Below are positions 19,135 to 27,302 of a stretch of DNA of 64,000 bases, one piece after another; the stretch's first letter is position 1, and the number at the start of each line of letters is the position of its first letter. Source of the DNA: an uncultured Alphaproteobacteria bacterium (GTDB lineage Bacteria > Pseudomonadota > Alphaproteobacteria > Rhizobiales > Xanthobacteraceae). The stretch covers positions 496,666-560,665 of the forward strand of contig CAVRXO010000002.1 of the NCBI GenBank assembly GCA_963725185.1, read 5' to 3'. A model generated the notes under the pieces. The model was given only the letters and a program-made list of their open reading frames with translations, was not told the DNA's origin and did not search any database. A program made the position numbers and the translations under genes.

Positions 19135-21897
19135 TCAACCGTGGCTTTGCCCCGCGGCCGGCAGGTTCTGCCGAACGCGCGCGATGTCTTTCCAGGGATC
19201 CTGCTTGAGGCGGGTGAGGCGATTCATCAGATCGCGCACCGTGTACTGGTGGCCGGAGGTCGTGCGCGGAAGCTCCTGCCAGCCGACCGGAGCCGAAACC
19301 GGCGCGCCTTCGCGCGCCCGGGTCGAATAGGCGGCCACCGAGGTCTGTTCCAGCGAATTGCGCAGATAGTCGACGAAGATCTTCCCCTTGCGCAGCGACT
19401 TGGTGATCTTGCTGACATAGCGCTCCGGATCGTCGGCCGCCATCGCGAGCGCGACCGCCTGCGCGAAGGCTTTGGCGCCGTCCCAATCGGCGCCGTCGAT
19501 CGGCAAGACCACGTGCAGGCCTTTGCCGCCCGAGAGCTTCACGAAGCTTTCAAGCTTCAGCGCAGCCAAGCGGTCGCGCACGTCGCGCGCCGCTGCCACC
19601 GTGGTGGACCAAGGCACGCCCTCGCCCGGGTCAAGATCGAACACGATGCGATCGCAGACCTCGAGGCGGTCGAGCCTGGCGCCGCGAACATGAATTTCAA
19701 GCACGCCCGCCTGCACCAGCGACATGAGCCCATCGAGGTCATCGATCCCGATGACTTGCCGTCCATTGCTGTCGATGACGGTGCGCAGCGCCTTCTCGCT
19801 GAGCCCGGCGGAGGCATGCTTCTGGAAGAAGCATTGGCCAGCGGTGCCCTCCGGGCAACGCACGAACGCCAGCGGCCGTCCGACCACATGCGGCGCCATC
19901 CAGTCCCAGACCGCGCGATAATAGTCGGCCAGGTCCTGCTTGGTGACGCCGACGTCCACCCAATAGACCCGATCGGGATGGGTGAGCCGCACGTCATCGT
20001 GCGCGACGCGTGGCTCGCTTGTTGCGGCGCTGCCCTCGCGGGTGCCGACATTGGACGCCCGAGATTTTCGCGCCGGCGCCGCCGGATGCTTCGACGTTCG
20101 TTTTGCAATGCTGGCTCTTGCTGCCATGGCGGGCGTCTCCCGAATGACTTCCTTGGCGGGCTTATCCTCGCGCACGCCCTTGAACGCGGCCTGGCGCACG
20201 AGGCGATCGGCGGTCCAGTCGCGGAAATTCGCCTCGATCACCACTTTCGGCTCGACCCAGACCACATCGCGGCGGCGTCTTTCCTGCGGCGGCATATCGA
20301 TCGGCGGACGATCGATCTCCAGCGGGTGCAGCCGGCTCCAGAGATCCTTGGCCACCGCCCGCGAATAGCCGGTGCCGATGCGGCCGCCATACCGCAGCTT
20401 GCCCTGCACGTTATAGCCGACGATCAAGGCGCCGACCGCCTTGGGCAGCACGGTCGAAGGCGCGTAGCCCAGCACCACGAATTCCTGCTGATTGGCGCAC
20501 TTGGCCTTGATCCAATTTTCGGAGCGACCCGAGACATAGGGTGCGTCGCTGCGCTTGGACACGATGCCTTCGAGCTTCAACTGACAGGCCCGCCGCAGCA
20601 CCAGCGAGCCCTCATCATCGAAATGCTCGCTCAGCCTGATCGGCCCGGATCGTCTGGTCCGGCCCAACAACCGTGCGAGCGCGGCCTTGCGCTCGGTCAG
20701 CGGCAAAGGCGTGAGATCAGTGCCGTCGAGATGAAGAAGATCGAACACAAAGTAGACGAACCGATCGCGCCGTCCGGCCTTGAGATTGGTCTGCAACGCC
20801 GAGAAGCTTGAAATTCCGCCCTCGTCCTCGACGATCAGCTCGCCGTCGAGCAGCGCGGTCGCGGCCGGCAGTTTCGCGACGGCGGCGGCGACGTTGGGGA
20901 ACCGGTGCGCCCAATCGAGACCCTTGCGAGTGAGAAGCCGCACCTCGCCATGATCGAGCCGCGCCTGGATGCGGTAGCCGTCGAACTTGACTTCGTGCAG
21001 CCAACCCGCACCGCTCGGGGCCGCGGCCCGTAGCGTGGCGAGCGCCGGCGGCACGAAGTCCGGCAGCGCATCGCCGCCGGATTTCGCCTTGCCGGCCTTC
21101 TTCCCGGTCGCCTTCCCGTTCTTGGTGGAGGTGCTCTTCTTGGTAAAGGTACTGTTCTTGGCGGACCTGCCTCCCTTGGCCGCGGCTGTCGCCCGTCGTG
21201 GCGTGCGCGTGCTGCGCGGCATGGCGGCCGTGCTCTTTCGGCGAGCCGGCTCCGCGGTCTTTTTCGCCAATGGCTTCGCCGCCTTCCGGGGCGTCTCGCC
21301 GCGGTTCGATTGCCAGACCCGCTTGCCGCCGCGACCCTCGGCAATCTCCTCCATGCTGCGTCCACTCGCCGCCGACAGCGATTGCTCCTCGAGTATGTCG
21401 GGATCGCTTGCGCTGCGCGCCGCCTCGTCATCGCCCTTGATCAGCAGCCAGGGGTCCTGCCGCTCGTTCGGCCGCTTGCGCATGCGCACCAGATGCCATC
21501 GCCCTTTGAGCTTCTCGCCGTCGAGCACGAAGTCCAGACGGCCATTGCGGTAGTCCTTGTGCGCATCGCCCTCCGGATACCAGTGGCCGCGATCCCAGAT
21601 CATGACGGTGCCGCCGCCATATTGGCCCTGGGGAATCGTGCCCTCGAAGGTGTTGTACTCGATCGGGTGGTCCTCGACGTGGATGGCTAGGCGCTTCTCG
21701 CCCGGGACCAGGCTCGGCCCGCGCGTCACGGCCCAGCTCTTCATCACGCCGTCGAGCTCAAGCCGAAGATCGTAGTGCAGCCGGCGGGCGGCATGCTTCT
21801 GGATCACGTAGCGGCCGCCCTTGTCGCGCTGCGTACGGCCGCGCGGCTCCGGCGTCACCGCGAAATCGCGCTTCTTATGGTAGACCTGAAGTCCCAC
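19135..21897 (-). CDS. ligD: DNA ligase D (phosphoesterase - ATP-dependent ligase - primase/polymerase)
   Basis: 920 aa. The N-terminal PE domain has YHKKRDFAVTPEP and HYDLRLE, the central ligase has EVKFDGYR (motif I), and the C-terminal LigD polymerase domain is present. GTG start with an in-frame TGA just upstream. Confidence 0.95.
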   Translation of the reverse strand: MGLQVYHKKRDFAVTPEPRGRTQRDKGGRYVIQKHAARRLHYDLRLELDGVMKSWAVTRGPSLVPGEKRLAIHVEDHPIEYNTFEGTIPQGQYGGGTVMIWDRGHWYPEGDAHKDYRNGRLDFVLDGEKLKGRWHLVRMRKRPNERQDPWLLIKGDDEAARSASDPDILEEQSLSAASGRSMEEIAEGRGGKRVWQSNRGETPRKAAKPLAKKTAEPARRKSTAAMPRSTRTPRRATAAAKGGRSAKNSTFTKKSTSTKNGKATGKKAGKAKSGGDALPDFVPPALATLRAAAPSGAGWLHEVKFDGYRIQARLDHGEVRLLTRKGLDWAHRFPNVAAAVAKLPAATALLDGELIVEDEGGISSFSALQTNLKAGRRDRFVYFVFDLLHLDGTDLTPLPLTERKAALARLLGRTRRSGPIRLSEHFDDEGSLVLRRACQLKLEGIVSKRSDAPYVSGRSENWIKAKCANQQEFVVLGYAPSTVLPKAVGALIVGYNVQGKLRYGGRIGTGYSRAVAKDLWSRLHPLEIDRPPIDMPPQERRRRDVVWVEPKVVIEANFRDWTADRLVRQAAFKGVREDKPAKEVIRETPAMAARASIAKRTSKHPAAPARKSRASNVGTREGSAATSEPRVAHDDVRLTHPDRVYWVDVGVTKQDLADYYRAVWDWMAPHVVGRPLAFVRCPEGTAGQCFFQKHASAGLSEKALRTVIDSNGRQVIGIDDLDGLMSLVQAGVLEIHVRGARLDRLEVCDRIVFDLDPGEGVPWSTTVAAARDVRDRLAALKLESFVKLSGGKGLHVVLPIDGADWDGAKAFAQAVALAMAADDPERYVSKITKSLRKGKIFVDYLRNSLEQTSVAAYSTRAREGAPVSAPVGWQELPRTTSGHQYTVRDLMNRLTRLKQDPWKDIARVRQNLPAAGQSHG

Positions 21898-21978
21898 GGT
21901 TCAGCTCGCGCCCTCCACGCCGTTCAGCTTCGCCATGTGGCGGATGCGCCACCGCGAGCTCACGAGATCGACAGTGTT

Positions 21979-22004
21979 AACGCACATGTTTGGCGCCCGG
22001 TTCC
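21979..22004 (-). promoter_or_regulatory. EcfG-type (general stress sigma factor) promoter motif upstream of ligD
   Basis: The minus strand reads GGAAC-cgggcgccaaacatgtg-CGTT (N17), a perfect match to GGAAC-N16/17-CGTT. It lies 82 nt upstream of the ligD start, inside the 156-bp spacer. Confidence 0.6.
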
Positions 22005-22053
22005 GCGCACGGAGTTTCGGCCATCGAGCATTCGGAGGAGTGCGGATGGCATC

Positions 22054-23083
22054 TTAGTGCAGAAGCTTGGTCAGGTCCGCTTTCTTCTGCTTGACTTGCT
22101 CCATGGTGCACTGGAGCGGCCGTTTGTCCGGTCTCCAGCGCAGAAATTTGGTGCCATGGCGGAACCGCTCGCCGGTGAAATGGTCGTAGCGTACCTCCGC
22201 TACCAGCTTGGGCTTCAAGGGCTGCCAGTCGGCTGAACGCGCGGTCGACTAGCGGCTCGGTCCGCCCGGCCTGTTCCCGGTGAAGCCAGGCTCGGCGATG
22301 AGCTTCTCGAGCTTGGCGGTGAGCGCCTTCTTCTCGTGGTTCGCAATCGAGGAGGTGAAGCCGACGTGATGCAACAGACCGTCGGCATCGTAGAGTCCGA
22401 GCAGCAGCGAGCCGACCTCTCTCTTGCCTTCGTTGTAGCGGAAGCCCCCCACCACGCAGTCCGCGCTGCGGAAGTTCTTGATCTTCTGCATGCCGGTGCG
22501 CTCGCCGGAGCGATAATCAAGATCGATCCGCTTGGCGATGATGCCGTCGAGGGTCGCGCCTACGCGTTTGAGCCAACCCTTCGCCTCGCTGAGCTTGGTC
22601 GTCGCCGGCGACAATTGGATGGAGCCGTTGCCGAGATAGCGGGCCGCGAAGGCTTCGAGCTTGCGGCGGCGCTCGCGCAGAGGCTCACCGACGAGCGACC
22701 TGCCCGTTCGAGCCGGCGAGGAGATCGAAGACGATCAGCCGCGCAGGCGTCCCCTGCGACAGCCGCCGCACGCGGCTCGGCGCCGGATGAATCCGCTGCA
22801 GCAATGCATCGAACGAGAAGGCGTCGCCTTGCGGCACCACGATCTCGGCGTCCAGCACGAAGCGCTTCGCTTTGGTCGCCCGCACGGCTTCGACCAACTC
22901 GGGGAAATACCGCGTCAGCATGCGGCCTGATTTGGACTGCAGCTCGATCTCGTCGTCATCTCGAAAGACCAGGCAGCGAAAGCCGTCCCATTTCGGCTCG
23001 TATTGCCAGCCATCGCCGGTCGGCACTTTATCAACCGACAACGCCTCCATCGGAGGCAGCGGCGGACGCAGCTGCAGGCTCAC
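22054..23083 (-). pseudogene. ATP-dependent DNA ligase (LigC-like, ligase-only) with one frameshift and one in-frame TAG
   Basis: The N-terminal part (ORF 22685..23083) carries motif I EPKWDGFR. There is a frame change within LLAGSNG / RSLVGEPLRERRRKLEAF at ~22694. The middle part is ORF 22249..22614. TAG at 22251-22249 sits where ..GGPSR[W]STARSADWQPLKPKLVAEVRYDHFTGERFRHGTKFLRWRPDK.. continues in the same frame to the TAA at 22056-22054. Confidence 0.85.
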
Positions 23084-23185
23084 GCTCGCTCCCGCTTAAA
23101 AATGATCGCGCAACACTCTCCCATTACGAGACGGGGAGCAAGTTCGTGCTCCCCGTATATCCTTGTGTCATCCGCAATTGCGCCC

Positions 23186-23647
23186 TCAGCAGCCGCTCAC
23201 GCCACCGGTGTTGGGGACTGCCATCGGATTGGCCTTGAGCGGGTCTTGCGTGGTCGCTTGGTTGGCGCCGATCGTACTGTTCTTCATGGCGGTGCCGCTT
23301 CCGCCGGGAGCGTTGGTGCTTCCGGTGACGCCGCCAGTCCCGGGCGTGCCGGCGGCGCTGCCCACGGTCGAGCCGCTCGCGCAGCCTGGGCGTGAGGCAG
23401 CGGTGTTGGGATTCACCTGCCCAGGCGTGGTCGATTGGCCCGGCGTCGGTGCCGGCGCGGGGCCTATGCCGCCACCCAACGCGCCGCCGGGGCTTGTTGC
23501 GGACGAACCGGCGCCGGCGCCGCCTGTGCCCCCAGCTCCTCCCGCCCCACCGCCGGCTCCGCCTCCGCCGGCCTGCCCGAGCACGAGGCCCGCGCTGCTC
23601 GCAAGAATGAGGCCGGCCAAGATGGCCACGTGTCGCTTCGACCGCAT
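23186..23647 (-). CDS. secreted Gly/Ala/Thr/Pro-rich low-complexity protein (153 aa)
   Basis: The ATG at 23647 is preceded by GGAG. Signal peptide MRSKRHVAILAGLILASSAGLVLGQA, then G/A/T/S/P-rich sequence. An EcfG-type motif lies 34 nt upstream. Confidence 0.6.
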   Translation of the reverse strand: MRSKRHVAILAGLILASSAGLVLGQAGGGGAGGGAGGAGGTGGAGAGSSATSPGGALGGGIGPAPAPTPGQSTTPGQVNPNTAASRPGCASGSTVGSAAGTPGTGGVTGSTNAPGGSGTAMKNSTIGANQATTQDPLKANPMAVPNTGGVSGC

Positions 23648-23680
23648 ATCAATCTCCTTTGTTGCTCTTGCCTTTGCACC

Positions 23681-23705
23681 AACGCCGCCACGCAAGGCCA
23701 GTTCC
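23681..23705 (-). promoter_or_regulatory. EcfG-type promoter motif upstream of the Gly-rich protein gene
   Basis: The minus strand reads GGAAC-tggccttgcgtggcgg-CGTT (N16), a perfect consensus. Confidence 0.6.
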
Positions 23706-23865
23706 CGAGCCGGGACGCCATCCGACAAACCCCATCGCCGGAGGTCAAAAGGGGTGCTGTCGCGGCCGTGACGACCCGCGGGGAGGCCTTTTTGCGAGAG
23801 CGCGCGCGGAACCCCCGGCGTGTCGATCAATTATCCTGGGTCCGCCTCCCACCCAAGCGTGACCG

Positions 23866-25554
23866 ATGATCAACGACCTTTGGTACAAGAACGGCGTGAT
23901 CTATTGCCTCTCCGTGGCAAGCTATATGGACGCCAACGGCGACGGAGTCGGCGATTTCCAAGGCCTCATGCGCCGGCTCGACTATCTTCACGGTCTGGGC
24001 ATAACCGCCATCTGGCTGATGCCGTTCCAAACCTCGCCCTGTCGCGACGACGGGTACGATGTGTCGGACTACTACAATGTCGACCCGCGCTACGGCACGC
24101 TCGGCGACTTTGTCGAATTCGCGCACGGGGCCAAGCAACGTGGAATTCGCGTCATCATCGATCTGGTCGTCAATCATACCTCGAACCAGCATCCATGGTT
24201 CAAGGATGCGCGGCGGGATCCCTCTTCCACCTATCGCGACTGGTACGTCTGGTCGAAGAAGAAGCCGCGCAACGCGAACAAGGGAATGGTGTTCCCGGGG
24301 GTCCAGAAATCGACCTGGAGCTACGATCCGGTCGCACGCGCGTGGTACTTTCATCGCTTCTATGATTTCCAGCCCGATCTCAATACGTCCAATCCGCAAG
24401 TCCAGGCCGAGATCCTCAAGATCATGGGTTTCTGGATCCAGCAAGGCGTCTCCGGCTTTCGAATGGATGCCGTGCCCTTCGTGATCGCGACCAAGGGCCC
24501 CGATGTCACCAAGCAAATAGAGCAATATGACATGCTGCGGGATCTGCGCGAGTTCCTGCAGTGGCGCCAGGGCGACGCAATCATCCTGGCGGAAGCGAAC
24601 GTGCTGCCGGAGACCGACATGGAATATTTCGGGACGGCGGGCGACCGCATGCACATGATGTTCAATTTTCAGGTCAACCAGAACCTGTTCTACGCGCTGG
24701 CGACCGCCGACACGCAACCGCTTGTGAAAGCCATCAAGGCCACCAAGGCGCGGCCGGCGACGGCGCAGTGGGGACAGTTCCTGCGAAACCACGACGAGCT
24801 CGATCTGGGACGCTTGACCAAGCCGCAGCGGGAAGCCGTGTTCGCGGCGTTTGGGCCCGAACCCGAGATGCAGCTTTACAATCGCGGCATCAGGCGCAGG
24901 CTTGCTCCGATGCTGCAAGGCGACCGCCGGCGCATCGAGCTCGCCTATAGCCTGATGTTCACGCTGCCGGGCACGCCGGTCGTGCGCTACGGCGACGAGA
25001 TCGGGATGGGCGACGAGCTTCGCCTGCCTGAGCGCGCATGCGCGCGCACGCCCATGCAGTGGTCGACCGAGCCCAATGCTGGTTTCAGCAAGAACGACAA
25101 GCCATTGCTGCCGGTCATCGACAGCGGTCCGTTCGGCTACGGGCACGTCAACGCGGCCAAGCAGCGCCGCGACCCGTACTCGATGCTGAACTGGACCGAG
25201 CGCATCATAAGGATGCGAAAGGAAGTCCCGGAGATCGGATGGGGAGATTTCGAGATCATCCCGACGCACGATCCGGCCGTGCTGGCGTTGCGATACGACT
25301 GGCGCAACAACTCGGTGCTGTTCGTGCACAATTTCGAAGCAACGCCGCGCGAGATCACCTTCCGGACCGGCATTGCCGGCGAGGCCGGCGCGCTCCTGGT
25401 CAATCTGCTGTCCGAGGATCACAGCAGCGCCGATACGACCGGAAAACATCACCTGCTGATGGAGGCGTATGGATATCGCTGGTATCGGGTCGGCGGCCTG
25501 GACTATCTGCTGAAACGGAGCGATGTCGAAACCGCATCCGAGGCGGTGAGCTGA
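23866..25554 (+). CDS. GH13 alpha-amylase family protein, trehalose-synthase-like catalytic core without a maltokinase domain
   Basis: 562 aa. LWYKNGVIYCLSVASYMDANGDGVGDFQGL...GITAIWLMPF...DDGYDVSDYY...VIIDLVVNHTSNQHPWF parallels the TreS N-terminus encoded at 31.5 kb. Confidence 0.85.
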   Translation: MINDLWYKNGVIYCLSVASYMDANGDGVGDFQGLMRRLDYLHGLGITAIWLMPFQTSPCRDDGYDVSDYYNVDPRYGTLGDFVEFAHGAKQRGIRVIIDLVVNHTSNQHPWFKDARRDPSSTYRDWYVWSKKKPRNANKGMVFPGVQKSTWSYDPVARAWYFHRFYDFQPDLNTSNPQVQAEILKIMGFWIQQGVSGFRMDAVPFVIATKGPDVTKQIEQYDMLRDLREFLQWRQGDAIILAEANVLPETDMEYFGTAGDRMHMMFNFQVNQNLFYALATADTQPLVKAIKATKARPATAQWGQFLRNHDELDLGRLTKPQREAVFAAFGPEPEMQLYNRGIRRRLAPMLQGDRRRIELAYSLMFTLPGTPVVRYGDEIGMGDELRLPERACARTPMQWSTEPNAGFSKNDKPLLPVIDSGPFGYGHVNAAKQRRDPYSMLNWTERIIRMRKEVPEIGWGDFEIIPTHDPAVLALRYDWRNNSVLFVHNFEATPREITFRTGIAGEAGALLVNLLSEDHSSADTTGKHHLLMEAYGYRWYRVGGLDYLLKRSDVETASEAVS

Positions 25555-25651
25555 TGCAGGCCTGCCCTCGCGCCAGCCATAGAATTTGCGGATGGCGCCG
25601 GCACGCCGCTTCGACGGCCGGCCGAACCAGCTCCCAGCGCCTGGACGCATC

Positions 25652-27250
25652 ATGACCGAGCCTTGGTGGAAAACCGCCGTCCTCTACCAGATCTATCCGC
25701 GCTCCTTTCAGGACAGCAACCGCGACGGCGTCGGCGACTTGCCGGGGATCATCCGCCGGCTGCCTTATCTGACGGAGCTCGGCGTCGACGCCATCTGGAT
25801 CTCGCCGATCTTCCCGTCCCCGATGAAGGACTTCGGCTACGACATCTGCGACTATACGGGTATCGATCGGCTGTTCGGGACGATGCAGGATTTCGATGCC
25901 CTGCTCGCCGCCGTGCATCGCAACGGGATCAAGCTGATCCTCGATTTCGTGCCCAACCATACTTCCGATCAGCACCCCTGGTTCGTCGAGAGCCGTTCCT
26001 CGCGGATCAATCCCAGGCGCGACTGGTATATCTGGCATGATCCGGCGCCCGGCGGCGGTCCGCCCAACAACTGGCTCTCCGAGTTCGGCGGCAGCGCGTG
26101 GAGCTACGATCCGAAATCGGGTCAATACTACTACCACGCGTTCCTGCCCGAGCAGCCGGACCTCAATTGGCGCAATCCCGAGGTCGTGCGCGCCATGCAC
26201 GACGTCATGCGTCATTGGCTGGGCAAAGGCGTCGATGGCTTCCGGGTCGACGTGATCTGGCACCTGCTCAAGGACGAGCAGTTCCGCGACAATCCCCTCA
26301 ATCCGGATTTCATCGCCGGCATGGCGCCGCACCGCAAGGTCCTGCCGCTTTACACCGCCGACCTCCCGGGCGTGCAAGAGATCGTCAGGGGATTGCGTCG
26401 GGTGGTCGATGAATTTCCGGAGCGATTGCTGATCGGCGAGATCTACCTGCCGGTGGAGCGGCTGGTTGCCTATTATGGCCGTGATCTCGAAGGCGTGAAC
26501 CTGCCCTTCAATTTCGCCCTGCTGCAGGCCCATTGGGATGCCGGCACGATCGCGGCGCTGATCGACAGCTACGAGGCTGCGCTGCCGGCCGGAGGCTGGC
26601 CGAACTGGGTGCTGGGCAATCACGACTGCGTTCGCATTGCGAGCCGGGTCGGCAGCCGACAGGCGCGCATCGCCGCCATGCTGCTGCTGACATTACGCGG
26701 GACCCCGACACTCTACTACGGAGACGAGATCGGAATGCCGCAGGTGCCGATCCCGCGCGACCGGGTGCGTGACCCCTTCGAGAAGCGCGTGCCGGGGATC
26801 GGAATGGGCCGGGATGGGGCACGAACACCGATGCAATGGGACGGTGGTGATTTTGCAGGTTTCTCGAGTGTGGAGCCCTGGCTGCCCATCTCGGACAGCT
26901 TCGCCAGCGAGAATGTCGAGACGGAGCGCAGCGACCTGTCGTCGATCCTCGATCTCTATCGGCGCTTGATCGCGGCACGGCGGCAACGCCCGGCCTTGTC
27001 GGCGGGCGGCTACCGCCGCATCCCGGCGGAGCCTGATCTGCTGCTTTATCTTCGGCAGGACGGCCAGGAGAGCATCCTGGTTGCGCTGAATTTCAGCTCG
27101 AGGACGATTTCGGTGCCTCTCCTGCCCGCGGTCGCCATCGGGGGGGTGCTGGTGTCGAGCTTCGGCGACCGCGAGGGCGAGCCGGTGTCCGATCGGATCG
27201 TGCTGCGCGCCGACGAGGGCCTGGTCATCGAGGGAACCATGTCCTGGTGA
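25652..27250 (+). CDS. GH13 alpha-glucosidase (oligo-1,6-glucosidase/AglA-like)
   Basis: ORF 25586..27250, ATG at 25652. WWKTAVLYQIYPRSFQDSNRDGVGDLPGI...VDAIWISPIFPSPMKDFGYD..DY...[16 protein letters not shown]. Confidence 0.9.
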   Translation: MTEPWWKTAVLYQIYPRSFQDSNRDGVGDLPGIIRRLPYLTELGVDAIWISPIFPSPMKDFGYDICDYTGIDRLFGTMQDFDALLAAVHRNGIKLILDFVPNHTSDQHPWFVESRSSRINPRRDWYIWHDPAPGGGPPNNWLSEFGGSAWSYDPKSGQYYYHAFLPEQPDLNWRNPEVVRAMHDVMRHWLGKGVDGFRVDVIWHLLKDEQFRDNPLNPDFIAGMAPHRKVLPLYTADLPGVQEIVRGLRRVVDEFPERLLIGEIYLPVERLVAYYGRDLEGVNLPFNFALLQAHWDAGTIAALIDSYEAALPAGGWPNWVLGNHDCVRIASRVGSRQARIAAMLLLTLRGTPTLYYGDEIGMPQVPIPRDRVRDPFEKRVPGIGMGRDGARTPMQWDGGDFAGFSSVEPWLPISDSFASENVETERSDLSSILDLYRRLIAARRQRPALSAGGYRRIPAEPDLLLYLRQDGQESILVALNFSSRTISVPLLPAVAIGGVLVSSFGDREGEPVSDRIVLRADEGLVIEGTMSW

Positions 27251-27302
27251 TCCTCGCGTGAGCCGCCGCGCATGTCGCGGGCGCTCGCGCGCGCCGGTGC
27301 GC

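Noticed and set aside
22249-22251. In-frame TAG in the ligC-like gene as a recoding signal (pyrrolysine or suppression).
   Set aside because: There is no pyl machinery or recoding context in view. The same gene also has a frameshift. A TGG-to-TAG transition at a conserved Trp is the simpler explanation.
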